Assembly (NCBI RefSeq): GCF_009914755.1
Contig: NC_060925.1
Source of the DNA: the human T2T-CHM13v2.0 reference genome, Homo sapiens
Reading direction: 5' to 3' (one strand)
Length of the DNA stretch: 64,000 bases
Shown here: positions 1 through 16,965 of the stretch, piece by piece
How positions within the stretch are numbered: position 1 is the stretch's first letter
Layout of the letters: each line of letters begins with the position of its first letter
Notes under the pieces: generated by a model
The model's database searches: none
Seen by the model: only the letters and a program-made list of their open reading frames with translations
What the model was told of the DNA's origin: nothing
Translations under genes and position numbers: made by a program

Positions 1-908
1 GGGCCCTTTCCTCCAGTGTAAGGGGAAAGGAAAGGATCCAGGAAGGTGGCCTGAGGAGGACTCGGCTGAGTCTCTGAAGCGGGGGTGCACGCCACACCAG
101 AGAAGCCCCAAGTGGAGAAGGTCAGGAAAACCAAGTAACTCCACGAGGCTGTGACATAAAGTGCCAAGGAAAAGAGGGTTAAGAGATGGAGATGGAGAGG
201 CAAGCAAGGACTAGATCAAGATGGATCATATGTAGGAGCAAATAATTGTCCTGTGAGTGATGGGAACTACCAAAGGGGCAGGAATAATCAGGATTTCAAT
301 CTAGAAAGCTCAATCCATCATCCTTATGGGGAATGGATGCAAGAAGGTAAGGCTAGGAGACCACTGAGAGGCTAGAACAGTATCCAGGAACAAATCCATA
401 AGGATGACAGAGTGAGCTTTTGTCCAGGAACAAAATCCTGAGTACTCGAACTGGAGAAGGGAGAGTGGGATCTCTTGCTGTTCACAGGATAAGAGACATC
501 ATCAATAAATAACAAACTTGTCTCTGAGGAAGCTACATTACTGATTCCTTGGGGGAAAACCATTGATAATGAATTCTTATCTTCTAACTCTGTTAATGGT
601 CCGCTTTCCAGAATCCTAAGAAACACTGGGTATAGAAGTCTGAAAGATGCCTCTGCATTTAACTGAGTGTCAAATATGTGGCATGAGAGACATAATCCCC
701 TACTTCCACATCCATGGCCATTGCTAGTTGATCCCAGCACTGTTTCTCAGTGAGCAGGTGTGGCCTGAGAATGTTTGTCAACACAGCACTCCAGGCAGCT
801 ACTGCCAATTAATAGGACTTGATGTGCAACCTGAGACTTATTTGTTGTGCTTTATATAACCTCTGGCTGCCACATTTTAAAAATAAAGACTTCGATCTTT
901 AATAACAG

Positions 909-1271
<363 letters not shown>

Positions 1272-1342
1272 TCAGGGCTGCAAAGGCCTTTCCAAAATTA
1301 GATTGTCTAGTGATTTCCACCTTTTGAGCAGCCTGGAACATT

Positions 1343-1601
<259 letters not shown>

Positions 1602-1749
1602 TTAGAGTTGGAAAATCCCTCTTAGCTCTCTGTTGTATTATTCCAACCTGAATTCTACAAACTCACAAATGACTGCTCGTGAGTACAGGGTTGAGTTCTC
1701 AGACAAATCTGATTTCTGGAATCTTCCTTAGAGCTTTCTAAGTTAGTGG

Positions 1750-2120
1750 TGTCCAAAAGACCAGATTACAACACATTTAAAGATCTTCATTGGCTTTTAT
1801 TCATGATTCTAGAATTGGGCAGACCTCAGGACCAGAAAAATGTTTGAAGAATAAGCCACATGGTCAAGCAATATTTATGTTTAGAAAACAGAAGTGAGGA
1901 ACTGAGGTTAATTAGTTACAGCCTTATGTGAATCAGCTGGCTACCTACTATTGACTTAAGCTCAGCTGCTGGAACTACCAAAACTCAGCCATCTGTTACA
2001 GTGTGTACATCCAAGTTGTTTGTTTCATTTAGCACGGATGACTCCACGTTGGTTCGGCCTGTTGGGCCCAGAACGGGAGCCTAGTCCAAACCAATGGCCT
2101 CCTACAAATTTTATTTAATG
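1750..2120 (-). mobile_element. Probable ERV1-class solo LTR (MER57/MER93-like group)
   Basis: Minus strand opens ttaaataaaatttgtaggaggccattggtttggact and carries AATAAA near its other end; family from recall only. Confidence 0.5.
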
Positions 2121-3663
2121 GTGGAAAAGAGGTTTGCAGTCCCCTGGCTCATCTCTTCAACTTCCCCTGCATTTTGGAGATGCTGGCTGCTGGGTGCGTG
2201 GTGAGGTAACATTATGATCCACTGCACAAATATGTAAAACCTCTCCAGCCCGGACTGCAGAGCAGCGTGAGCTTCAGCCTTCAGGACTCCCAGAGAGTCT
2301 CAGGGAGGCTGCTTCATCCCACTGCCCCTGCCCAGGGCCATCCCCTGCCCACACAGCTGCAAAGATGAACAGTCCTCCCTACACACCTAGCATAGAAACA
2401 GTGTGTGCTGGGCCCAGGAAGCTGAGATTTGTCTGCAGGTACCCGTGGGGTTTGCCAGTAGCTAGGGTGACAAGAGCGGGGACTGCAGGAGAAGCAGGGG
2501 AGGGGACAGGATTGTTTGCCGCTGGAGAGGGAGAAAGCCACTGGCCCACTCTGTTGTCTGGCCTCTGGGTTTTTGCCCAGTCCTCCTGCATCAGCTTAAT
2601 CTCCCTTGGTTCCTAAGTAACAGCTTGTGGCCTGCTCCTGTGATGCTGTTTGGATTGTTTGCCCCTCCTCCCTGTTGTTTTACTGGACCCAAGACAGGGC
2701 TGCTCACCCAAGAGGACCTCTGGGTCACTTAAGGAGCTTTCTTAAAACTAGGTGGGGCTGGTGAATGCACTTCAAGAAAGCAAGTGAGATGAATCAGCAG
2801 TTCTGTGAGATTTATTTAGGAATTAAAGCCACAGGGGGGGCCAACCCATGCAGCCCACAAATAGGCCACAAGCACCGCCCTCAGGCCTCTACCCAGCAAT
2901 GCTGACATTGAACCCATCATCTGACACCCTCCATCCCCCACTCCATGACAAGTCAGCCCTTTGGCCACCAGCTAGCTAAGGAAAGTGCAGCAAAATTTCA
3001 AACAAAGATAATTTTTAAAGCAAAGCAGAATTTATACAGCCACTCCCTTATTCTTTATGTCATCATAATGCCATCCTTGTACAATAAAGTTAGAACTTCT
3101 TGTAACGTGCACACCAGAGATGGAAGTACATGTGATACAGGTGTATCCCTTTCTGCCTGTTTTTCTCCCTCTCATAAAGCAGAGGTTTGCCCTGCATCTG
3201 AGAAAGAATTAGAACAGAACTTTCCTCCATTTCATTCCCCACCTCACTACACTTGGGCCAGGCAGCGTTCGCCAGTCATGGCACTTCCTACCAAGTCTGA
3301 ATGCTGTCTCAGAAACTTGCTCAACACAGCCGTATGGACCATCACCCCCAACTGACTAGAATTAGCCTACAAGAAGAAGTTTTCTTTCACCTTAGTGAGA
3401 TAATTTATTATGGCCATAAGTAACTGAAATGTAGCATTTGGGGATGAAAAGCACAGTTACCAGCCAAAGACTCCCTGGGGGATGGCGGGGGGAATATGGG
3501 CCTGTGCGTCAGAAAGCCCCAGGCACACTTTCATCAACTTCGGTGAGTCATTTTACTGCTTCACCTCTCAGTTCTTCTTCCTAAAGTGGATAGAACACGA
3601 TCTACTAGAATTGACCAAGTCTATTATTATAAAAGTAACACATACTTGCTTTATAAAGTATAG

Positions 3664-4290
<627 letters not shown>

Positions 4291-4899
4291 AAATGTAGAA
4301 AACTAGGTAGTCCCACCACTCAGAGGCAAACATTGTGGGGCGTTTTCACCACATCTTTTTGCTGTGAATTTTAAAAACATGATTGTGATTGTAGGTAATA
4401 CTGAGCCAGACTCTGTGGTTGTAGGTAGCAGGTGCCAACTCCCGCTGGCCTAACCTGAAACACAGAACTTCATTATAAGGTTAGAAGACTCAAGGCTGAG
4501 GCACAGCAGGCCCTAGAAGGCGTGTGGGATCAGGCCTAAAAGGCTCACAGTGCTCCCTACTGCTTCACAAACACCGTTTCCTTCTCTCTAAGCTGGGTTT
4601 TTTTTCTTTCTCTGGCTTATAAGCCAGAATATGCCCACCTGACAGCTTTCGCATTTGCACATTACCACGGCACTCTGATTCCCAGCTCCAGATTCCTGAG
4701 AGAAATGATGTGGTTGGCCTTGCTTTGCTCAGGGTCTCCTTGGCTCTCTTAGCTGTGGACAGGCAGCTGGGGTCACAGGGGGCTTTTTTATTTTTTTCTG
4801 TACTTTATTGAGTGCATATGGTATGTGTGGGACACGACACTTGGTGCTGGGGACACAGCAGTCAACGTGACAAAGCCCCTCACTGAAAAGAGAAAAACA

Positions 4900-5183
4900 G
4901 GCCAGGCACGGTGGCTCACACCTGTAATCCCAGCCCTTTGGGAGGCCAAAGCAGGCAGATCACAAGGTCGGCAGTTCGAGACCAGCCTGGCCAACATGGC
5001 AAATGTCTCTACTAAAAATATAAAAATTCGCTAGACGTGGTGGTGCGCATATGTAATCCCAGCTACTGAGGAGGCTGAGGCACGAGAATTACTTGAACCC
5101 GGGAGGCGGAGGTTGCGGTAAGCCAAGATCACACCACTGCACTCTGGCCTGGATGACAAAACGAGACTCGGTCTCAAAAAAAA
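4900..5183 (+). mobile_element. AluS-like
   Basis: Full dimeric Alu. Confidence 0.9.
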
Positions 5184-6377
5184 AGAGCAAAACCGTATAC
5201 AAGAAAATAAAGCAACCACTAACAAGTTCTGTGGATAAAACAAAACAGAATGCATTGTTGGGAGTGAGCACCGTGGGCAGCTGTTTGGAAAGTCTGAGGA
5301 GGTAGCATTTGAATTAGGACCTGACTGATATAAACATGGTTACCTGGGACTCTTCCCTGTGAAGCAGATGGAGGACAAGGAATACCCAGAGAGAAGGGCT
5401 CGTTGTGAGCTGAGAGAAACCACAGAAATAGCTATCTCAAGTGGCATAGGCAGAATTGTATCAAATGATATTTAAAGCCTCTTTTTTTCCTAAGTATAAG
5501 TAACAACTACACATTGTTTAAAAAAGAAACAAACTAGAAAATTTAAGACTATAAAGGTAAACATTAAAATTATTGAGAATTATTCCACCCAAAGATAATC
5601 ACCAATGAACATTATGATATATTTCCGTACATTTTGGTTTTTTTCCATTTTTATATACATTTTGTTCATGGCATAATTAGCCCAGAAACACCCCAGGCCA
5701 TAGATGAAGAGGGCCTGGTAACAGATTATTTCTGTCCCTGCGTTATTTGCTACTCTTAACTGATTAAAAAAATAAAAAGAGAGCCCAGTGACTCATTAAA
5801 CATGAGTTTTGCAGACAGAAAATCAAGTTCCTTGGCAACTCTGCTTTTGTAGAGGAGATAATAAGCTTTTTTCCTCAGCAATTCTGCTGCTGCAGTGTCT
5901 CAACTTTGTAAATAGTTTGACCGTTTCCATTAGGTCCTGAAATGCAATGGTCCACATTGTTCTGGTCACCATGCTGTCAGGAGAAGCCCTATGAATTGAG
6001 GCAAGAAGAGTGAGAAGTTTCTGCAGTTTCTAGTATTACTGAGGAAAGTGGAAGCAGAAGGTACCATAAGGTCACATTTCACCGCTTGGTTGCAAAATCT
6101 ACTGGGTAATTCATAACTGACTGGATCCCCAAGTTTGGAGTCTAACACAAGTAAAGGAAAACCCAAAATTACTTGTATACCTTGAATTCTCTGTACTAAA
6201 TTCTTAATTTTGATTCTTCTTTCAGTTGGCTAAAGTAACTCAACTAATTTTGAGTTCAATTTCTCATTGAATATCTGAGAATGCCATTATAGTGGCTTCA
6301 CACACAAATGACAGTTTGGACATAATTTAAGTCATAATAATTATTTTTCTACCAAAAGTCAGTAAACATTGCTCTAT

Positions 6378-6540
6378 TTTTTTTTTCTATTGTTTGTTTT
6401 GAGACAGGGTCTCTCTGTGTTGCCTAGTCGGGTTTGCAGTGGTGCAATTACGGCTCATTGCAGCCTCAACTTCCCTGGGCCCAAGTAATACTCCCACTTC
6501 AGCCTCTCAAGTAGCTGGGACCATAGACATGAACCACTGG
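6378..6540 (-). mobile_element. Alu monomer (FLAM/FRAM-like)
   Basis: T tail followed by a single diverged arm. Confidence 0.8.
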
Positions 6541-6687
6541 CGATAGGGAGCAGTCCAAGTTTTCAGAATTCTTGTGACTATTCTCATTTATGGGGGTCTT
6601 CAGGAGTATTTTCGTAGGAAGCTGGGAAGCTGTATTGGGATGCTGGCCAGATTCCATGCGAGGTAAGAGCAGGGACAATGGAGGGAA

Positions 6688-6752
6688 TATTTTCCATCTC
6701 CGGTTAGTTGAATCTGCAGGTGCAGAACTTTGGATACAGAGAGTAGACTGTA
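6688..6752 (+). mobile_element. MER2/Tigger terminal fragment
   Basis: gttgaatctgcaggtgcagaac...gactg-ta resembles the MER2-group TIR end. Confidence 0.55.
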
Positions 6753-6798
6753 TATATTTATGTGTGTATGTGAGAGTACACACACACACACACACACA

Positions 6799-7961
6799 CA
6801 GTCATGCATCATTTAACAGTAAGGATACGATCTGAGAAATGCATCATTAAGCAATTTTGTCATTGTGCAAACATCAGAGAGTGTACTAACACAAACCTAG
6901 ATGGTATAGCCTACTACACACGACAGCCTGTCACTGTATTGAATACTGTGGGAATTGTAAGACAATGGTAACCATTTGTGTATCTAAACATATCAAAATA
7001 TGGCAAAGATACAGTAAGAATACAGAATAGAAAATTTCAGTGGTAAACTTGCTGTATAGAGTGTTTACCATGAATCCAGCTTTCAGGACTGGAAGGTGCT
7101 CTGGATGAGTCACTGAGTGAATGTGAAGGCCTAGGATGTTACTGTATACTACTGTAGGCTTTATAAATGCTGTACAGTTAGGCTATGCTACATTTGTAAA
7201 ATATTTTTCTTTCTTCAATAATAACTTTGGCTTACTATAACCTTTTTACTTTATAAGCTTTTAAAATTTTTTCACTTTTGACCGTTTCATAGAACTTAGT
7301 TTAAAACACAAACACATTGTACAGACGTACATAAATATTTTTTCTTTATATCCTTATTCTATGTTTTTTTCTATTTTAAAAAAAGTCTTTTTTTTTTTAC
7401 TTTTTAAGCTTTTTTTCTTAAAAACTGAGATGGAGACACACACATTCGCCTAGGCCTGCCTACACAGGGTTAGAATCATCATGCCACTGTCTTTACCTCC
7501 GTATCTTGCCCACTGGAAGGTCTTCAGGGGCAGTAACATGCATGGAGCTGTCGTCTGCTTTGATAACAAGGCCTTTTTCTGGAACATTCCTGAAGGACCT
7601 GCCTGAGGCTGTTTGACAGTTAGCTCTTTTTTAACAAGTAGAAAAAATGCACTCTGAAATAATAATTGAAAGTATAATATAGGAAATACATAAACCAGAA
7701 ACATAGTCATTTATTGTCATTATCAAGCATTGCGTACTTTACGTGATTGTACGTGCTATACTTTTCCAACACCGGCAGCACAGTGGATTTCTTTACACCA
7801 GCATCACCACAAACACGTGAGTAATCCATTGCGCTGTGACATTGTGATGGCTACCACATCACAAGGCGCTGGAAAATTTTCAGCTTCATTATAATCTTAT
7901 GAGACTGCCATTGTATAAGCAGTCTGTCATTGACCAAAACATTGTTATCAGTGCATGACTA
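6799..7961 (-). mobile_element. Tigger3-family (Tigger3b/MER7-like) non-autonomous DNA transposon, ~1.16 kb
   Basis: Terminal inverted repeats cagtcatgca...tgcatgact; internal 'acacaaacctagatggtatagcctactacac' signature; preceded by (CA)11. Confidence 0.85.
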
Positions 7962-9176
7962 TATATACCCACACGCCCGCAATTAACAATGCCCTTCACA
8001 ACCTTGCCTCCCTCAAGTAACCAATGTGAACAGCTTATTGTGTATCCTTCCACCTCTCCTCACTTCCTCCTTTTCCTCCTCCTTCTGTTCTCTTTCTCTC
8101 TTTCTTTTCTTCTTTCCTCCAGCCCCTCATTCTTTCTCTCTGAAATCAAACTTTTTACTACAGACACACACACACAACCATGGTGGGGGAGGGCTGATTT
8201 CATGCAAATACTCCCAAGCTGTACGCATTTCTGTGAAACACCTCCAGGTTAACACATCACAATATTGTTTTCTTTTTAATAGCTATATAATATGCCACAA
8301 TATAGATATTCTACAGTTTATTCAACTAGGTTGTTTCTAGTTCAGTTTGGTTGTTTTTACCTACTACTAACAACGATGCAGTGGAAAGACATGCTTAATT
8401 AGATTTTTTTCTAGTAGGAGCGACTGCTGAGCTATTTTAAGCAAAGGCTGATTTTTTTTAACTCATTCATTTCTACTCCCCTGGCTCTCCATGTTGCCCT
8501 GGGAAGAGTTCTTTGAAGTATAACAAGTAAAACAAGGAGCTTTGGAATTTCCCAGCTCCTTGATGCTTAGCCTCTTTTAGCAGTGCCCCACCTTCACTGG
8601 GGGTGCCTATCAGTTTCAAGTCTGAAGCGTCCCTGCATTTCATCTGGGCCTGCCTTGGTTGACAACTAGAAACCTAGATTTAGATACAGCCCTCCCTCCT
8701 GCTGGTGCAGTGAAGAGAAAGGTGTGCCTGAAGGAGAGAGTGACTTAGAGGAACCCTAAGGTTCTATCCTCTCACTTGACAAATGAAGCATAAGTCTTCC
8801 ATCTGGCTCTGAGAGACTTAAGAGACTTTTTCTTTATGACTCTGCTTAAAATAGTCTTCTCTCCACCCCCTTTCCTTCCTGATTGTCAGACCTTCACCAG
8901 ATTCCCGCAAAGACGTTTTGATTCGATGCAATACTGTTTGCACCCCTGCGGTCCTGCTGAAATGAGTTGTGCTTGCTGCGTGTGTGTCTCCTCCCCAAAC
9001 AGCAAGCAGAAGAGAATTCCAGGCCCTTTTGACTCATCTGTACACACTCTTGATTTCTTCCTCTGTGGTTGCTATAATCACATAGCAGATTTTGCCTTTG
9101 CCCATGTTAGGGCACCCCCTTCACTGAGGTCCACTTTAACTCAGAACCCCTCCCAGAGTCACTGACATGAATTCTA

Positions 9177-9702
<526 letters not shown>

Positions 9703-9945
9703 TCAGAGAAAAGAGGACATTTGAGCTGGGTCCTAAAGGATGAAGAGAAACTCAAGCCAGATGAAGGAGAAGGAACAAAGCCACTGACACGTGAAAGCGC
9801 CAGGAATGCTGGCCCAGATGAAGTGCCAAATAGATGAATTAAAGTCGTGGCAGATGAGACTAAAGAGCAAGATTGAAGCAAGTGGTGAAGGGCTTTGAAT
9901 CCATTCATTTATTCATTCTTCCTGCATTCAGTAAATTTGCTAGAT

Positions 9946-10765
<820 letters not shown>

Positions 10766-11751
10766 GACTACCCAAGGATGTTTGGACTGAATACTGAAAG
10801 TACTCAGTTCTAGGAGGGAAGCACTGAGTAACTTTAAACAGGAAAATGATTGAGCAGGTGTTTTAGAGAGGTCATTTTTAGAAAGGATGATTTTTTTTCA
10901 TATCTGCTAAAAGATGTTATTCAAAACTTTAGGCAGAACGGAGAGGAAGAGAAAAGGAAAAACAGTTACTTAAAACGTTTAAGTGGACAGACTGCACGTA
11001 CTATGGGAAGTCCTATTTATAGACAGGCCATTAATGTGCTGATTATAAGTCATCCTTATATTTTTGCTGAAGTTTGTCCTTAAATCTCTCTACAGTCAAT
11101 GTATATATAGTCCTCCTTCTTTCTATGGCTTTGATAACGAGGAGAACTGTGTGGCCTGACTGGATATGTGAACTGGATGACCCCCATGAGCAGTCTTTTA
11201 CATAACCCCGACTTTTGAAAACTGCATTTGATGATTTTCCCCAGATCATGCCCAGGTTCTGCACACTGAGGTCTACCTTGCTGAGCCGCTGCTGTTATCC
11301 TCTGGCAGTGAGGGATCCCTGTGGTGTGAGGCTGTGTCTTGTTTAACAGGGGACAAGATTAGAAAAGGAAGGTGCTGGCACACAGACCGTGATCCTAAAC
11401 CATGCTGTAACAGCTTGGCTTTGTCCCAGAGGTTCCATGGTGCCAATACATGAAAAATAAAATGAAACTCAAGCAATGGTTTCAACTGTCTGGGAAAATT
11501 CAGGAAAAACACAACTAGACATAGGCAATGTTTGGACCAGCCAACTGTTTTATGATTTACAAATCCATGGAACTAAAGAGGAAGAGTAAACAAAATGTGT
11601 AATTCCCAAAGCAGTGTAATTGCTTTCCTCATTTAGTCATATGTTCTGTTGACTGTTGGGTAGAAATATTATCACTGACTGCTCTACTTTTCCTTCAAGA
11701 AGTCAGGTAAAAGCTCAGAAATTTACTATTTCCTGTTCACTTGCTTTTAGC

Positions 11752-12049
<298 letters not shown>

Positions 12050-12130
12050 TAATATTTTGCTACACTGGTCAGAACATCACTTACTGTGGGATTTTTATAT
12101 CATGTCTCAGACCAAAAATGGTAAATTCTT

Positions 12131-12680
12131 TTTTTTATGTTTATTTCTTCCTTAAAACTTTTAACTTTTGTGGGTACATATTGGGTGTATATATTTATGG
12201 GGTACGTAAGCTACTTTGATACAGGCATGCAGTATGTTAGGATCACGTCAGGGTAAATGAGGTATCTATCACCTCAAGCGTTTGTCCTTTCTTTGTGTTA
12301 TAGATAATCCGATTATAGTCTTTTAGTTATTTTTAAGTGTACAATAAGTTATTGTTGACTAGAGTTACCCTCTTGTGCTATCAAATACTAGATCACATTC
12401 ATTCTATCTACCTAAATTTTTGTATCCATTAGCCATTCCCACTTCCCCCTCTCCCTTCCCAGACACTGGTAACTATCAATCTACTATCTGTCTCCATGAG
12501 TTCAATTGCTTTAATATTTAGCTCTCAGAAATAAGTGAGAACATTCGAAGTCTGTCTTTCTGTGCCTGGCTTATTTCACTTAACATGACTTCCAGTTCCA
12601 TACATGTTGTTGCAAATGACAGGATCTCATTCTTTCTTATAGCTGAATAGTACTCCATCATGTATGTGTACCACATTTTC
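12131..12680 (-). mobile_element. L1MA-type 3' end fragment
   Basis: Typical L1 3'UTR/ORF2-end sequence; ORF 12518..12745 gives an L1-like 'MEYYSAIRKNEILSFATT'. Confidence 0.85.
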
Positions 12681-13099
12681 TTTTTTCTTTTTTTGAGACA
12701 GGATCTCACTCTTTCACCCAGGCTGGATGGAGTATAGTGGCACAATCATGGCTCACTGCAGCCTCAACCTCCTAGGCTCAAGTGACCCTCCCACCTCAGC
12801 CTCTTTTATTTATTTATTTATTTTTTTTAAGGGACAAGGTCTTACCCTGTTGCCCAGGCTGGAGTGAGTGCAGTAGCTCCATCACAGCTCATTTTAGCCT
12901 TGAACTCCTGGTCTCAAGCCATCGTTCACCTCAGCCTCTCCAGTAGCTAGGACTACTGGCATGTGCCTAGCTAATTTTTTTATTTTTGTAGAGACACTGT
13001 ATTTCCCAAGCTGGTCTCGAGCTCCTGGGCTGAAGCAATCCTCCTACCTCAGCCTCCTAAAGCATGGGCAGTTTACAGGCGTGAGCCATTCCATCCAGC
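12681..13099 (-). mobile_element. Partial Alu (12681-12802) plus AluJ (12803-13099)
   Basis: Two T-rich tails, each followed by Alu right-arm sequence. Confidence 0.8.
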
Positions 13100-13750
13100 T
13101 GGTAAATTCTTGAAGTCAGAAGCAAATCTACTTACCTAGTTTCTAACTAAATTAAATACATTAAGACCTCATACATTCTGATTTTGCTGACTCAGAATTG
13201 CAGATCTTTCGGAGAAAGGTCACGGTGAAACTTACTTTTGACTGTTCATGATAAAAGAGGGTTACTATAAATTAATATTATAATAATTGATTATAGAGGA
13301 AACACACCCTATATTGCAGGACGTATTACTTTTAAGTTTACACAATTACTGAGGAAGTCTCATTCACAGAAAACAGTCAGTAAGCTGATTGTGCAGGATT
13401 GTTCTCTGTTTGCTAAGGACATTAAACACCAGCACCCTTATAAGCTAACTGGTTTAAATTTGCTAAAGCTCTAAGCACGAAGAAAAGTTCCTGTAACTTT
13501 GAAAGCATTTAGTAAATTGGTTCTTTTCCATTTCTTTTGAGTTGCAGTTATATACAAAAAGATAAATGCCACTTATTCTCTTAAAATACTCTCCACATGG
13601 GAATTAGATGAGCAAAGAGAATCTACTTTGAGACTTAGGAAGAGTCGAGCTAACCTGTAGAATGAAAGGAGAAATTTGGAGAGTAGACAAAAGGTTTTGT
13701 TCCCACCCAATTCAACTGGGCTCTCTTTTGCTCCTTAAAAATACACTTCA

Positions 13751-14185
<435 letters not shown>

Positions 14186-14801
14186 TCACAGAGTTTTCTA
14201 GTCACCCAAGTAAAAGACTGCTTTTCCCATCTAGAAAGCCTTATCATTTGATTTTGTCTTTAAACCTACCCATATCTTTGGGCTCCACAGGGGCAAGCAC
14301 TACAGTACATGACTCTGACTGGTTGGCAATAAGCAGGTTTTTAATTTCATTAATAAACCCCCATATTTAAGCCACACAACAAAATGAGGAGGGGGATTGG
14401 GGTTGGAAATAGAGGTGGGCAATGGTCCACTGAGAGCTCTGGGACCCTTCCCAGCTCTCCCCAAAACATTAGCTCTGGCCTGATTGACAGAAAGTAACTA
14501 GCACTGCCCTTGAGGTGCTGCGTGCTGAGTCCTCTGTGCTGAAACCAAGTCGCCTTGTTTTTAGAAGGCAGAATCCCTTCTCCTTCCATAAAGCCTAGAC
14601 TACAGAAAATGGGCTCTAAGAACATGTTTCCTCCCCTACAACAGTTCATTTCTATGAGGAAAGAAAGAGCAAATGTGGGAATAGAGGATACATTCTTTTG
14701 TTTACCTTTTTTGTTTTTTGCCTTTCTACCTAGAGCCAGACACGGGGGGATACTACACTGAGTAATGACCTCGTGCTCATGGAGCTTATTGTCTAGCTGG
14801 A

Positions 14802-15273
14802 TGTTGACAAAGGTTCTCTGCTGACCAAACTTTAGTCAAACTCTTAAACCTTCTCCTAGGCCCATCTGTGCACTTCCTCGTAAAACCCAGTTTTAGCAAA
14901 GAACTCTGCTAAATCACTTTAGCAAGATCCCCTACTCTGAATATCTGATTGGGGTGCTCATCCTCCATCATCCCCAGGTGCTGTCTGATCATATTGGTCT
15001 GTCTTCAGCAAGAGTCCTGTTAGGTCGGTGTAGCCAGAACTTTCCTTACTCCTGATGTTATTACCTCTTAGTAATTTTCCATCCACTGACTCCCAGCCTG
15101 CTCTTTGACTATAAATTCCCACTTGCCCACGCTGTATTCAGAGTTGAATCCCATCCCTCTCCCCCACTGCAAAATTCTGTTGCCGTAGTCCCTATACCCA
15201 TCGTAATGGTCCCCAATAAAGCCTCCCTTACCGTGCTTTAACAAGAATCATTGAACATTTTTTTTCTTTAACA
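14802..15273 (+). mobile_element. ERV1 solo LTR (MER31-like)
   Basis: TG...CA ends (tgttgaca...tttaaca), TATAAA at about 15110, AATAAA 15215-15220; 'gaccaaactttagtca' MER31 signature from recall. Confidence 0.75.
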
Positions 15274-15609
15274 ATATACAAATACTTGGGTTAAGACTGG
15301 GTTTTATCTGGCCAAGAAGTGAAAAGTTAAATGTTGCAGTGAATTGCAACAACTAAATGGCCACTGTGATAGTCAGTGGGGAAGGTAATACAGAAAGAGC
15401 CTTTAGTTCACTGTGATAGTAAAAGGCAGAAGGTAATAGAGTGCATTCAAAGGTTGTTGTAATGAGCAAATGTGTTTTTATCAGAGTCTAAAAGAAATCC
15501 TGGACAAGGATCAACCCAATTTATGTGAGTGTAACACTGGCATTATGTTGAATGACCAAGTTATCCATTATGAAACACAGAGGAAATAGAACATAATGCA
15601 TGTGTTCTT

Positions 15610-15904
15610 GGCCAGGCACAGTGGCTTACACCTAAAATTTCAGCACTTTGGGAGGCTGAGGTGGGAGGATTGCTTGAGGTCAGGACTTCAAGCCCAGCCT
15701 GGGCAACATAGCAAGACCCCATCTCTACAAAAACATACAAAAAATTAGCTGGGCATGGGGGCACACGCCTGTAGTCTCAGCTAATCAGGAGGCTGAGGCA
15801 GGAGGACTGCTTGAGCCCAGGAGTTAGAGGTTACAGTGAGCTATGATCTCACTACTGCACTCCAGCCTGGGTGAGAGAGCAAAACCTTACCTCTTAAAGA
15901 AAAA
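15610..15904 (+). mobile_element. AluJ-like
   Basis: Full diverged Alu. Confidence 0.9.
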
Positions 15905-16819
15905 GGGGGTTCTTTAAAAAATTTGTATATTAATAGTGTTAAAAGACACATTACGAGTATGAGAAACATAGGTATGGTTTTCTTTTGGAAAGAAGGTAAA
16001 TTTGGAAAATCATATATAAAGTTGGGAATGTTAAGTAGTATTGGTTGCAGAAGACAGATTGGAGGAGAGAAATGTTTCAGGGCCAAGGAGCAGAAATAGA
16101 CCATGCTAAGTCAGTTAAATGCAAGGGACTGGTGGAATTCAGCAAGAGGCTGGAGAACAGATAAATAATGAGGAAGATGCTGCAAAATATCTACCACTTG
16201 GTGAGGACAAGAACGGGCCCTAGAACACAGTTGGGTTTGTACAGATGAAGCAGAGGGCGTAACTGAGGCTGAAAAGTCCCACTACACATGTGCCTCAATT
16301 AGGTAGTGATATTGTAGTGAGAAAATTCACATGCATTTGAAGTAGATGGTCACTTGGGATCATTCCGTAGGCTAATTATATTCCTCTTCTGGGGAAGATA
16401 TGGAGCTGATTTGGGGCAGTGTTTGTGCCAAAGACAAAAAATTGGATCACTAGGGTGAAGAACTTACATTATGCACAGAAGAGTTGTATTTGAGTCTGTC
16501 CTCATGGAACTTCTTGGGGACCAGTGACAGACCTGATGCATTTTCCACTGATACGATCATGGACAGTGTAAATAATAAATCAAGCGTTTGTGGATTTACA
16601 CCTTCTTACCCGTCCCTGCTACAGGGGAGGAAACTTGAGAAGGGGCGGGAATGTGAGTTAGCAACCCCTTCCTTTCCTCCCTCCTCCCAGCGTTTGATAA
16701 GGCGAGCTCAGGTGACTGTACAGTGGGCTGTGGGCAGAAACAGATTTGCTGAAAAGAGATGAGGAAGGCAGACATCCCAAGGCATGTTTGGAACATTCGG
16801 GTTAAATGCAGCATAGCAT

Positions 16820-16965
16820 TATTCAGCAATAAAAAGGAATGAAGTATTGATATCCACTACAACATAAACGAACCTTGAAAACATTATGCCAAGAAACCAG
16901 TCACAAAAGACCATATATTGTGTGATTTCATTGATATAAAATGTCCTGAGTAGGCAAATCTATGG
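16820..16965 (+). mobile_element. Old L1M fragment
   Basis: 'cagcaataaaaaggaatgaagta...aaccttgaaaacattatg' L1 3' motif. Confidence 0.7.

Noticed and set aside
2140-2650. GC-richer patch with overlapping ORFs on both strands
   Set aside because: Few CpGs, no splice-supported exon, no recognisable protein. Possibly a decayed LTR, but I cannot assign it.
6565-6670. Possible cryptic AK5 exon ending GAG|gtaaga at about 6662
   Set aside because: A good donor, but no convincing pyrimidine tract or acceptor upstream and no AK5-like peptide.
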